Source: Bacteroidales bacterium
GTDB taxonomy: Bacteria; Bacteroidota; Bacteroidia; Bacteroidales; DTGW01
Assembly (NCBI GenBank): GCA_026416115.1
Contig: JAOAFU010000034.1
Location: 1-49,018 of the forward strand
Length of the DNA stretch: 49,018 nucleotides
Reading direction: 5' to 3'
A program made the translations under genes and the position numbers. The notes below the pieces were generated by a model. That model did no database searches. It was not told the origin of the DNA and worked only from the letters and a program-made list of their open reading frames with translations. Positions 28,966 through 38,287 of this stretch are shown one piece after another. The stretch's first letter is position 1. Each line of letters begins with the position of its first letter.

Positions 28966-31900
28966 ATGAAACTACTCAGCCACTTTTTATTTCTACGCCG
29001 TTATCTGAAGACGGCATTTTCAATGGGTTTTTTTATCATGATGTTCCAAGGATTTCTGCTTGGACAATCCGATGGAATACCTCGAGGAGCCCAATTACCT
29101 TACATTCGCTATGAGTCCGAAAATGGACAGTATGGTGGTGGAGCCTCATTACAGCAAGCACCAACCTTTGATCAAAATCTTATTGCTTCCGAGGCCTCGA
29201 ATCAAAAGTATGTTAGTTTACCATCCAATGGTTCGTATGTGCAATGGACAACAACTGCCATTGCGCGAGGTGTTACGCTTCGTTTTACCATGCCCGATGA
29301 CAATACGGGTAACGGACTCTCCGGCTCGCTAAGCTTTTATGTGGGAAGCACACGTGTAAAAGTCATTAACCTATCGTCGTACTGGGCCTATCAATATTTT
29401 CCTTCAGGTCAGTACGAACCAGTGCAAACCTATTCGGCAGGAGCCAAAACTTTTATGCGCTTCGACGAGGTGCATTTTCGGCTTGATAATCCTATTCCTG
29501 CTGGTAGCGTAGTGCGCATTGTAAAAGAGAATGGCGATAATATTACTTATGGGGTCGATTTTATTGAATTGGAAGATGTACCAGCAGCCTTACCGGCCCC
29601 TACCAATTCGCTTAGTGTAACATCCTATGGAGCTGTGCCCGACGATAATAACGACGACCTTGCTGCTTTTAATGCATGTCTTGCAGCAGCTGCTGCACAG
29701 GGTAAAAATGTATATATCCCTGCTGGGAGGTTTATCCTTAGCGACAAATGGATAGTAAATGTGAGCAACATGAAAATACAAGGTGCCGGGATATGGTACA
29801 CTGAGCTATATTTTTCGACCGACCGTCAGTTCTATGGGGGTATCATGGCACGTTCGACCAATGTCGAAATCTCGGATTTTTATATGAATACTGCCAACAA
29901 CGATCGTTTTAAATACGACGAAGCCAATGCCCGGGTACCTGGCGATCCTTATAAAATTTATAAAGGTTTTATGGGTACCTATGGTAGTAATTCCAAAATA
30001 CATGATGTTTGGATTGAGCATTTCGAATGTGGTATGTGGATTGGTGGATATGATCCTCCTTATCCTATCGATGTAACGGATGGACTCATAGTTTCGAGAG
30101 CACGTATTCGAAATAATTATGCCGATGGGGTAAACTTTTGCCAAGGTACCTCAAACTCGGTTGTTGAGTATAGTAGCATTAGGAATAGCGGCGACGATGG
30201 CCTGGCCATGTGGCCTAATAATTTCATGAATGCACCCCAGGAACGAAACAATATTTTCCGTTACTGTACTATTGAAAATAATTGGCGCGCTGGTGGTATT
30301 GCTATTTTTGGTGGTACAGGACATCAAATTTACCGCTGTATTATAAAAGACGGCGTTGCAGGTTCGGCTATTCGATTTACTAACGATTTTCCAGGATATA
30401 CTTTCGAACAAAATGCACCTAAAATTATCTGTACCGACAACTATATCGAGAATTGTGGTACGAGTTACGATCTTTGGAATCAGAAACGTGGGGCTATTGA
30501 GCTCTATACTCCAAACGGCATTTACGATGTAGAGTTTAACAATACCATCATCATCAATTCGCAACGCCACGCAATTCAATTGTATGGCAATATTCGCAAC
30601 ATGGTATTCAATAATACTACTATTGATGGTACCGGTATGGACGCTTTTGTCGATCAACCGACGCTCGACGACTGGGGTGGTTTTGGTATTTTAGCTCAAG
30701 CAAGCGGTAATGTCACTTTCAATAATGTTAGCTTCAATCGAATAGAATCGTACAAGGCAGGTACCGATCCCATTTGGGGAAATATTAAAAATCACAACAC
30801 TGCTTTTGTAATAGTCGTAAACAATACCAATGTTCCATTAACTGGTATCAGTCTTACCCCTACCTCTCTTTCGATAGCCGAAGGACAAACTTCACAGCTA
30901 ACAGTTACTTTTACACCTACGAATGCTACCAACAAGAATCTAACGTGGACATCATCTAATACCAGCGTAGCAACCGTGGTAAGTTCTGGTACTGGGTTAG
31001 CTACCGTAACTGCTATTCGTACGGGCACTGCCACCATTACTGTTACATCGGCCGACGGTAATTTTAGTCGTACTTGTCAGGTAACCGTTACACCAGCTGT
31101 AAACATTCAGGCTACCGACCCCGATGCTGCAGAGGGCGGTAATACCGGCACTTTTGTGATAAGCACTTCTTCAACCGCATCCAATATTACTGTTGGGTAC
31201 ACTATTAGCGGTACTGCATCGGCTTCAGACTATACTCCTACTCTATCGGGAAGTGTAACCTTGACACCGTCGGCCCCTAGTGCTACCATTATAATTACTC
31301 CAGTAGACGATAATGTTTTTGAAGGTAGTGAAACCCTTACTTTAACCTTAAGTCCAGGTACAGGTTATGCCCTGGGAGGCAATACATCGGCTACTATCAC
31401 TATTGCTGATAATGATAACCCGCCCTGCACTGCACCCATCATTGCTTATACTACTACAGCACCTGTTATCGACGGAAATATCGATAATATTTGGTCATCG
31501 GCACCTGCCTCCGCTATCAATAATGTGATTCTCGGAACTCGTTCGGCCGATTACTCGGCACAGTGGCGTGCTCTATCCGACAATAATAACCTGTATGTCT
31601 TGGTTGAAGTTAATGATGGTCAAAAATTCAACGACTCGGGCACAAGCTGGTGGGAAGATGATGTAGTTGAAATATTCTTAGACGGAGATAATAACAAGGG
31701 TACAACTTACGATGGTCTCAACGACTTTCAGTTAGGTTTCCGATACAACGATAATGTAGTTCAGGTTGGAGGAAATTCGGTTAACCGAACTACGGGAATT
31801 CAGTTCCGTACGGTTTCGACCTCTACAGGCTATATACTCGAAGCAAGTATTCCATGGGGAACAATTGGGGTAACACCTGCAATTGGCAAACGAATTGGTT

Positions 31901-33687
31901 TTGAGGTCGAAATTGACGATGATGACAACGGTGGTACACGCGATGCACAATATGCTGCTTTTGCTACAACCACCACTGCCTGGTCTAATCCTTCAGTTTT
32001 TGGCTCTGTATACATCACTACCTGTAGCTCCAATGTCGTTCCAGTAACAGGAGTGTCGGTTAGCCCGACAACAGCCAATATTTCGGTAGGAGGCACGGTA
32101 CAGCTAACGGCAACTGTATCGCCAGCCAATGCTACCAATAAAAACGTAAGCTGGAGTAGCAACAATACGGCGGTAGCAACAGTCAATAGCAGTGGCCTTG
32201 TAACGGGCGTATCGGCAGGCACGGCTACGATAACAGTTACGACTCAGGATGGAGGGCGAACAGCTACATGTACGGTAACCGTAACTTCGTCGACTGTTCC
32301 AGTAACAGGAGTATCGGTTAGTCCGACAACAGCCAATATTTCGGTAGGAGGCACAGTACAGCTAACGGCAACTGTATCGCCAGCCAATGCTACCAATAAA
32401 AACGTAAGCTGGAGCAGCAACAATACGGCGGTAGCAACGGTCAACAGCAGTGGCCTTGTAACAGGCGTATCGGCAGGAACAGCGACAATTACTGTTACCA
32501 CCCAGGATGGAGGTCGTACAGCTACTTGTGCAGTAACAGTTTCTGCACCATCGCAGACACCTTATAGTGGTTCCCCCATAAGCATACCCGGCACTATTGA
32601 AGCAGAAAATTTCGATAATGGTGGACAAAATATTGCCTACTACGATACTGATGCTACCAACAATGGAGGACAATATCGTACCAGCGAAGCTGTCGATATT
32701 GAAGTATGCTCGGCTGGTGGATTCAATATCGGATGGATGTACAGCGGTGAGTGGCTCGAATACACTATCAATGTCACTACATCCGGTAATTACAACTTCG
32801 ACTGTCGAGTAGCTTCTGCAGTTGGAGGTTCGTTTGTGATCTTTATTGATAATGTTGATGTTTCGGGTACGCTCAACGTACCGAACACCGGAGGATGGCA
32901 AGTTTGGCAAAGCGTTACTCGTAGTGGGGTTGCATTAACTGCCGGAACACACATATTGAAAATCCAAAGTAATGGCGGGATGAATCTCGATAAAATTCTC
33001 ATTTCATCGGCCACTTCCACCAATACATACCGTATAAAGAATCGCTGGCAAAATACATACCTGTATGATGCAGGAGATAGAGTAAGATATGCTTCAACAG
33101 CTTCAAATACAACCTACAACTGGCAACTCGAAAGTCTGGGTAACGGGCAGTATGAGATAAGAAATGTTTCGACAGGCGAATACATGCACATCGAAAATCT
33201 GCTGGGTTATGTACAATGTACTGCCCGTACACCAGGTTGGATGAGTTCGAGATGGACGCTTGAAGATGCAGGTAGTGGTTTTGTTCGTATCCGTAACGTA
33301 TGGCAGCCGAGCTATTACATTCATATCGAAAATTTGCAAAACCAGGCACAATATGGCACTATTAATTCTGCCTGGTGGAGTGCAATGTGGTTGCTCGAAC
33401 CAGTGAGTGGATCATCGAGACAGTTAGTCGATGTAATTGTGCCCGAAAGACAAATGGTTAGCTTATTTCCAAATCCTGTCAGCGAGGGTTGGGTCAGGGT
33501 AGAGATCCCCAATCTAAATCGTAAGGCCGAAATACGAATTCTCGACTATCAAGGTAGAACGGTTTTACATACCAGCGTTAACTCTGTCGAAAGCCGTCTC
33601 GATTTATCAGGATTAAAAGCTGGAGTATATATGATTCAAATTTTGCACGAAGGCAATAGCTATGTTTCAAAGCTGATGATTCAGTAG
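28966..33687 (+). CDS. Multimodular T9SS-secreted beta-helix glycoside hydrolase (GH87 alpha-1,3-glucanase/mycodextranase-like) with Big_2, Calx-beta, CBM9-like, CBM6-like and ricin-type domains
   Basis: Signal peptide ending LLG-Q; RGAQLPYIRYESE; SVTSYGAVPDD, VYIPAG; ADGVNF, GDDGLAMW; three Big_2 repeats; DDNVFEGSET (Calx-beta); APVIDG, DVVEIFLD (CBM9-like); IPGTIEAENFDNGG (CBM6-like); C-terminal FPNP, GVYMI, SKLMIQ (T9SS CTD). The GH family call is less certain than the architecture. Confidence 0.75.
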   Translation: MKLLSHFLFLRRYLKTAFSMGFFIMMFQGFLLGQSDGIPRGAQLPYIRYESENGQYGGGASLQQAPTFDQNLIASEASNQKYVSLPSNGSYVQWTTTAIARGVTLRFTMPDDNTGNGLSGSLSFYVGSTRVKVINLSSYWAYQYFPSGQYEPVQTYSAGAKTFMRFDEVHFRLDNPIPAGSVVRIVKENGDNITYGVDFIELEDVPAALPAPTNSLSVTSYGAVPDDNNDDLAAFNACLAAAAAQGKNVYIPAGRFILSDKWIVNVSNMKIQGAGIWYTELYFSTDRQFYGGIMARSTNVEISDFYMNTANNDRFKYDEANARVPGDPYKIYKGFMGTYGSNSKIHDVWIEHFECGMWIGGYDPPYPIDVTDGLIVSRARIRNNYADGVNFCQGTSNSVVEYSSIRNSGDDGLAMWPNNFMNAPQERNNIFRYCTIENNWRAGGIAIFGGTGHQIYRCIIKDGVAGSAIRFTNDFPGYTFEQNAPKIICTDNYIENCGTSYDLWNQKRGAIELYTPNGIYDVEFNNTIIINSQRHAIQLYGNIRNMVFNNTTIDGTGMDAFVDQPTLDDWGGFGILAQASGNVTFNNVSFNRIESYKAGTDPIWGNIKNHNTAFVIVVNNTNVPLTGISLTPTSLSIAEGQTSQLTVTFTPTNATNKNLTWTSSNTSVATVVSSGTGLATVTAIRTGTATITVTSADGNFSRTCQVTVTPAVNIQATDPDAAEGGNTGTFVISTSSTASNITVGYTISGTASASDYTPTLSGSVTLTPSAPSATIIITPVDDNVFEGSETLTLTLSPGTGYALGGNTSATITIADNDNPPCTAPIIAYTTTAPVIDGNIDNIWSSAPASAINNVILGTRSADYSAQWRALSDNNNLYVLVEVNDGQKFNDSGTSWWEDDVVEIFLDGDNNKGTTYDGLNDFQLGFRYNDNVVQVGGNSVNRTTGIQFRTVSTSTGYILEASIPWGTIGVTPAIGKRIGFEVEIDDDDNGGTRDAQYAAFATTTTAWSNPSVFGSVYITTCSSNVVPVTGVSVSPTTANISVGGTVQLTATVSPANATNKNVSWSSNNTAVATVNSSGLVTGVSAGTATITVTTQDGGRTATCTVTVTSSTVPVTGVSVSPTTANISVGGTVQLTATVSPANATNKNVSWSSNNTAVATVNSSGLVTGVSAGTATITVTTQDGGRTATCAVTVSAPSQTPYSGSPISIPGTIEAENFDNGGQNIAYYDTDATNNGGQYRTSEAVDIEVCSAGGFNIGWMYSGEWLEYTINVTTSGNYNFDCRVASAVGGSFVIFIDNVDVSGTLNVPNTGGWQVWQSVTRSGVALTAGTHILKIQSNGGMNLDKILISSATSTNTYRIKNRWQNTYLYDAGDRVRYASTASNTTYNWQLESLGNGQYEIRNVSTGEYMHIENLLGYVQCTARTPGWMSSRWTLEDAGSGFVRIRNVWQPSYYIHIENLQNQAQYGTINSAWWSAMWLLEPVSGSSRQLVDVIVPERQMVSLFPNPVSEGWVRVEIPNLNRKAEIRILDYQGRTVLHTSVNSVESRLDLSGLKAGVYMIQILHEGNSYVSKLMIQ
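32038..32541 (+). repeat. Tandem duplication of a Big_2 Ig-like domain (2 copies, 258-bp period)
   Basis: Copies start at 32038 and 32296. The first 78 aa are identical, with only synonymous nucleotide differences. Confidence 0.95.
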
Positions 33688-33706
33688 TACTAGTTTTCTT
33701 TTCAAC

Positions 33707-33740
33707 AAGAACGGGGCTGCTGAGGAGTAGCCCCGTTCTT
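33707..33740. terminator. Bidirectional terminator between the glycoside hydrolase and lipA
   Basis: AAGAACGGGGCTGCT-gagg-AGTAGCCCCGTTCTT between two convergent stops. Confidence 0.8.
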
Positions 33741-33748
33741 ATTATAAA

Positions 33749-34609
33749 TTACTTTGCTGCAATGTGTCTTTCGGCATGATAGGATGAGCGCACCAGAGGT
33801 CCGCTTTCGACGTAGCTAAAGCCTTTTGAAAGACCTATGTGCCGATATTTTTCAAAAATATCGGGATGTACATATTCGACCACAGGTTTATGAAGTTCAG
33901 ATGGTGGTAAGTATTGACCAATGGTAAGTATTTTAACCCCAGCCTTTCTCAGATCGTCCATGGTTTGAATAACTTCAGATTCGGTTTCGCCTAATCCAAG
34001 CATAAATCCCGATTTAGTTACAACCCCTTTGGCCGAGAGATAGGTAAGCATTTCCAAGCTTCCACTATAGGTCGAAAGGCTGCGAATTCGAGGGGTAATA
34101 CGTTCGACTGTTTCTACGTTGTGCGAGATAACTTCAGGGCCTGCGTCGATAATCTTATCGAGCCACTCGAGCTTACGTCGAAAATCGGGAATGAGCACTT
34201 CCATGGTTACACCAGGATTGATCCTTTTGATAGTACGGATGGTAAGTGCCCAGAAGGCTATCCCGCCATCTTCGAGGTCGTCGCGTGCTACCGAGGTAAT
34301 AACGCAATGTTTAAGTTGAAGAATTTTTATAGCTTGAGCAACACGTCCAGGTTCTGCCCAGTCGACATCGGCAGGAATTGCTGTACGAACATTGCAAAAA
34401 CGACAGTTTCGAGTACAACTATCGCCTAAAATCATAAAAGTTGCCGTACCAGCGTTCCAGCATTCACCTTTATTCGGACAATTGCCACTGCTGCAAATAG
34501 TATTAAGCTGATATTGTTCAATTAGCTTTTTGACTTTAGAATAGTTTTCGCCCTTGGGTAAGGGTACTTTCATCCAACGAGGTAAACGGAAGGTTCGCAA
34601 TTGTTCCAT
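33749..34609 (-). CDS. lipA: Lipoyl synthase
   Basis: Auxiliary cluster CSSGNCPNKGEC, radical SAM CTRNCRFC, HNVETV, KSGFMLGLGE, GQYL, VRSSY. Confidence 0.96.
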   Translation of the reverse strand: MEQLRTFRLPRWMKVPLPKGENYSKVKKLIEQYQLNTICSSGNCPNKGECWNAGTATFMILGDSCTRNCRFCNVRTAIPADVDWAEPGRVAQAIKILQLKHCVITSVARDDLEDGGIAFWALTIRTIKRINPGVTMEVLIPDFRRKLEWLDKIIDAGPEVISHNVETVERITPRIRSLSTYSGSLEMLTYLSAKGVVTKSGFMLGLGETESEVIQTMDDLRKAGVKILTIGQYLPPSELHKPVVEYVHPDIFEKYRHIGLSKGFSYVESGPLVRSSYHAERHIAAK

Positions 34610-34703
34610 AATGACCTTATTTCAATGCATGTTTAAAGAAGGTGTATAACATTTTAAAACATTTATCAGCTCTTATTGTTTAATTAAAAAAAGAATCTTA
34701 TCT

Positions 34704-35378
34704 ATGGCTGTTGCAAATACAACCTATCGTAAGGGCGAACAATTGTGTCGCGTAATAAATTTGGAATGGATTACTGAGTCTACCTATATTCTTCGTTTCG
34801 AGCGCAACGATACAGTTTTCCTTCCGGGACAATATCTTACGTTAAGTCGTGCCGATTGCCTCACGGCGCGAGAATATTCGATATATAGCGGCAAAACCGA
34901 CGATTTTTTTGAGGTGCTCATCAAAGCAGTTCCAGAAGGCATTGTTTCGCAGCAGTTAAAAGAGCTTAAAACTGGCAATTTAATTCGTGTAGGAGGGCCG
35001 CATGGTAATTTTTGTCTGCCTGCACAGGCTCCAACTAATTTCCGTTATCTTTTTATAGCTACCGGAACAGGTATTGCGCCTTTTCACAGCTTTGTTAGAT
35101 CATATCCAGGTCTCGATTACACCGTCCTTCATGGCGTGCGAGTGCAAAAAGAAGCCTATGGTATACATGATTTTGATCCTCAACGACATATTCTGTGTAC
35201 GTCGAAAGACAATGGGAAATTCAATGGCAGGGTTACACAATATCTCGAAACAATGGAAGTTTCGCCCGATACTTTATGCTACCTTTCGGGCAATAGCCAA
35301 ATGATTTTTGAAGCCTATGCTATGCTACGTAAAAAAAATATCCCTGTCAAGCAGATTTTTACTGAGGTATATTTTTAA
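34704..35378 (+). CDS. FAD/NAD(P)-binding oxidoreductase, ferredoxin/flavodoxin-NADP+ reductase superfamily
   Basis: PGQY, REYS (RxYS), GIVS, GPHG, ATGTGIAPF, C-terminal EVYF. Confidence 0.85.
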   Translation: MAVANTTYRKGEQLCRVINLEWITESTYILRFERNDTVFLPGQYLTLSRADCLTAREYSIYSGKTDDFFEVLIKAVPEGIVSQQLKELKTGNLIRVGGPHGNFCLPAQAPTNFRYLFIATGTGIAPFHSFVRSYPGLDYTVLHGVRVQKEAYGIHDFDPQRHILCTSKDNGKFNGRVTQYLETMEVSPDTLCYLSGNSQMIFEAYAMLRKKNIPVKQIFTEVYF

Positions 35379-36241
35379 ATCCATTTAATTTCGATATCCC
35401 TAGAGCTAAAAAACTCCATAACCTGCTGAGGTTTGATGGTAAATCCTAGAACATAACCACCACCCCCCGAACCACACAGCTTAGGATAAAATATATTTTC
35501 TTCTCTTCCAACTTTTAAAGTGGAAACCATATGGGATGGAAAGAGAAAAGGAAAAATTTCGAATTCGAGAAGGCTAAGCTCTTTTATGCTCTTGATAAAA
35601 TGCTTTGGTGCATAAAATAACTCATTAATGCATTGATTGTTAATCTCAATAAGTCGTTGGACAAGAGAATTAAATTGGTCATTGTTACGAAAATTGGACA
35701 AAAATTGTGTTACATAATCTCGGGTAGCAGCTTTAATATTAGTATCGATTAGAAAAATTTTGAAATCGAGTTTGTCGAGGGAGAAAGGAACTAATGAAAC
35801 CTCCTGTTGCGATATGTGTATTGGTTTTTGTAAAAAACAAACTAACGGATCGATTCCCGAGCTGGTACCGTGCATGAATTGCTCCATCAGAGCGAGCTCT
35901 TTTTTGATTTCTGATAAGGGTTTTAGGAACTCATATGAGTAATTGCGATATATTTCGGCAGTTACTGCGCCCGAACTTCCTAAGCCATATTGAACCGGAA
36001 TATCGGAAATGATGTCTAATCCAGTTTCCCAGTCTTTTTTTAGCTTTTTTAAATCGAGAAAATTGAAAATTGAAGGTTTGGATAAAAGAAATTGAATAAA
36101 GTCACATACCAATTTGTTTGAATCGGAAGGTTTAGAACTTTTAACTAGTTGACAGGTAAAGCCTGGAAAAGGTATTGCAAAAGCGTTTGAGCCAACTAAA
36201 ACTGTATACTCTCCAAAAAGCAAAATTTTGGCAGGACTCAT
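35375..36241 (-). CDS. mvk: Mevalonate kinase (GHMP family)
   Basis: PAKILLFGEY, IPVQYGLGSSGA, HGTSSGIDP, KLCGSGGGG; directly downstream of mvaD. Confidence 0.82.
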   Translation of the reverse strand: MSPAKILLFGEYTVLVGSNAFAIPFPGFTCQLVKSSKPSDSNKLVCDFIQFLLSKPSIFNFLDLKKLKKDWETGLDIISDIPVQYGLGSSGAVTAEIYRNYSYEFLKPLSEIKKELALMEQFMHGTSSGIDPLVCFLQKPIHISQQEVSLVPFSLDKLDFKIFLIDTNIKAATRDYVTQFLSNFRNNDQFNSLVQRLIEINNQCINELFYAPKHFIKSIKELSLLEFEIFPFLFPSHMVSTLKVGREENIFYPKLCGSGGGGYVLGFTIKPQQVMEFFSSRDIEIKWI

Positions 36242-36249
36242 ATTGCAGA

Positions 36250-37314
36250 TTATTCGAATTTATGAAAGAATATTTGTTCTGGTCCTGAACCAAGCTTATC
36301 GAAAATAAATCTTGCCGAACTGCTAATAAACGGGCGAATACTTTCGTCGATAAATTGCCGAATGGGTACAGATTCCTCTATGGAGTAAAGCAAATGTACA
36401 TTAGGTCCGGCATCGAGGGTAAAGCAAAGAGGGATATCTGTATGCTGACGGAATTTGCGGACTTGCTGGATAATAAAAAGTGTGTCGGGTTCCATTAAAA
36501 TCCACGAAGGATTTGAAGTCATGAGTAATGCATGAAGTTGAAGTGCTTCGTTTTCAACAATTTCGGCAAAACGTTTACGGTCGTCGCATAATAAGCATCT
36601 TAAGATTTCCTCATGGTGTAAATTAGCCTGCCGGTAACGTGCCAGATGAAAGGGATGATTCTCCATCAGGCGATGCCCCTCGGAACTGGAAATGGCTTTC
36701 GGGGTATCGGAAACTACAATAATTGTGTCGGCATAATTTAAAAAAGTAGAATGCACTATTTTATTGATAGGAGTTGCATATTCGTCGGACGAACGGCGCA
36801 CGTGCATAGTACGACCCCAGCTGACATATCCTCCATATATCGAACGAGCAGCACTACCCGAACCTAATCGTGCAATATACGAAGCACGTTCGTAGAAAGC
36901 ATAGCCTATACCTTCGAACAATTGTTCCTCGACACTGCATAAACACAGGGCAAGCGAACTCATAAAAGCTGCCGATGAAGCAATACCCGATGAGTGAGGA
37001 AATGTGTTGTGACTCTGAATAGCTAAATGATATTTTTTTAAAAATGGCATTTCTTGTTCGGCAAGATAGGTGAGATACTTTTCAATTCGCTGCTGAAATG
37101 CCTCACTTTGTTTCCCTTCGAAAGTGAAATTTACAACTGGTCCTGAATCGCTATTTAAGGGTGAAAATAGAACTTCGGTAACCGATACTGAATCAGATAA
37201 AGTCATACTCAAGGAAGCATTGGCCGGTAGCTGATGCCCATGTTTACCCCAATATTTTATCAGGGCAATATTAGAAGGACTTTTCCACTTAACCTGAAAG
37301 CTGCTTTTTTGCAT
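36250..37314 (-). CDS. mvaD: Diphosphomevalonate decarboxylase
   Basis: PSNIALIKYWGK, GIASSAA, ARLGSGSAARS, SSSEGH, FTLDAGPNVH. Confidence 0.93.
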   Translation of the reverse strand: MQKSSFQVKWKSPSNIALIKYWGKHGHQLPANASLSMTLSDSVSVTEVLFSPLNSDSGPVVNFTFEGKQSEAFQQRIEKYLTYLAEQEMPFLKKYHLAIQSHNTFPHSSGIASSAAFMSSLALCLCSVEEQLFEGIGYAFYERASYIARLGSGSAARSIYGGYVSWGRTMHVRRSSDEYATPINKIVHSTFLNYADTIIVVSDTPKAISSSEGHRLMENHPFHLARYRQANLHHEEILRCLLCDDRKRFAEIVENEALQLHALLMTSNPSWILMEPDTLFIIQQVRKFRQHTDIPLCFTLDAGPNVHLLYSIEESVPIRQFIDESIRPFISSSARFIFDKLGSGPEQIFFHKFE

Positions 37315-37358
37315 GTGCCAATTTGGTTTAATTTTTTTGACAAATTATTATATTGTAA

Positions 37359-38285
37359 TTAATTTTTTTGTTTACATAACATTAGTTCTTTTAGCGGAAT
37401 AATAGTAGTAAATCCACGACCTGAAAAATAGGAGACAATTTCGTTGTTTTCAAGAGGAGAAACCACAAGCCAAAAATCGCCCCCCCATGCTCCCAGCGAT
37501 TTGATTTGTCCTGGAAAGGTTGGAAACAAAGTATCCTTTATTGGTTGTAAACCCAACTCTTTTGCAACAATTATTTCATGTTCACGGATGACATCATTTA
37601 ATTCTTTAATGTTAGTTGCTTTTATAAAATTGTAAGTAATTTGACTGATTTGTTTAAGGGTAGATTCACTGAAAGATTGGAGAGTTTTAATAGCTTCTTG
37701 GGTGTTTTGCTTACTACCGCTGTAAACAAGATACAATTGATCAATAAACGGTGGAAAATAATTTATCGGTTCAATTTTAGGTCTAAAGTTTTCTAAACTA
37801 TAGAGTATGGGAGTATTCACTGTTGCACAGGCTATGTCGTACCCCGATCCTTTAAACAATTGAAAATATAGGCGAAATGGATCAATTTCGGCCCATTGGC
37901 TTAAATTTACCATTAAGGTTGAGCTGCTTCCTAACCCCCAATTTATATTGAAATTACAAAAATGGGTAGTAACGTAGGAGAAACTATCATTTAGGAAAAA
38001 AGGGCTTTCGAGTCGAATATGCTGTAAAATTTGGATGATAAAATTTGCCTTGCTAATGTCGGTAGTCGATTCTATCTCGAAATTTGGAAGTTTCCATTTA
38101 GCTTCAAACCATAATCCGTTTATATCATAAGCTTTCCAATATAGATAGGGCTTTACCTCTTTTTTTTTATCGACGTGCATTTCTTGAAAACGGTTGAGAG
38201 GAATAGCCAGCCCTATTGCACCAAACATTATTGCATATTCGCCAGTAAGCAACAATTTTCCATTGGCTCTATAAACATTTTTCAT
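37359..38285 (-). CDS. GYDIA-type GHMP kinase, probable phosphomevalonate kinase
   Basis: GKLLLTGEY, WGLGSSS, GSGYDIACA, KSLGAWGGD; lies between HMG-CoA reductase and mvaD. Confidence 0.78.
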   Translation of the reverse strand: MKNVYRANGKLLLTGEYAIMFGAIGLAIPLNRFQEMHVDKKKEVKPYLYWKAYDINGLWFEAKWKLPNFEIESTTDISKANFIIQILQHIRLESPFFLNDSFSYVTTHFCNFNINWGLGSSSTLMVNLSQWAEIDPFRLYFQLFKGSGYDIACATVNTPILYSLENFRPKIEPINYFPPFIDQLYLVYSGSKQNTQEAIKTLQSFSESTLKQISQITYNFIKATNIKELNDVIREHEIIVAKELGLQPIKDTLFPTFPGQIKSLGAWGGDFWLVVSPLENNEIVSYFSGRGFTTIIPLKELMLCKQKN

Positions 38286-38287
38286 AG

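Noticed and set aside
31830-32501. Two near-identical minus-strand ORFs suggesting a repeat array or mobile element
   Set aside because: They are the antisense image of the Big_2 domain duplication; there is no spacer structure, so not CRISPR, and no transposase.
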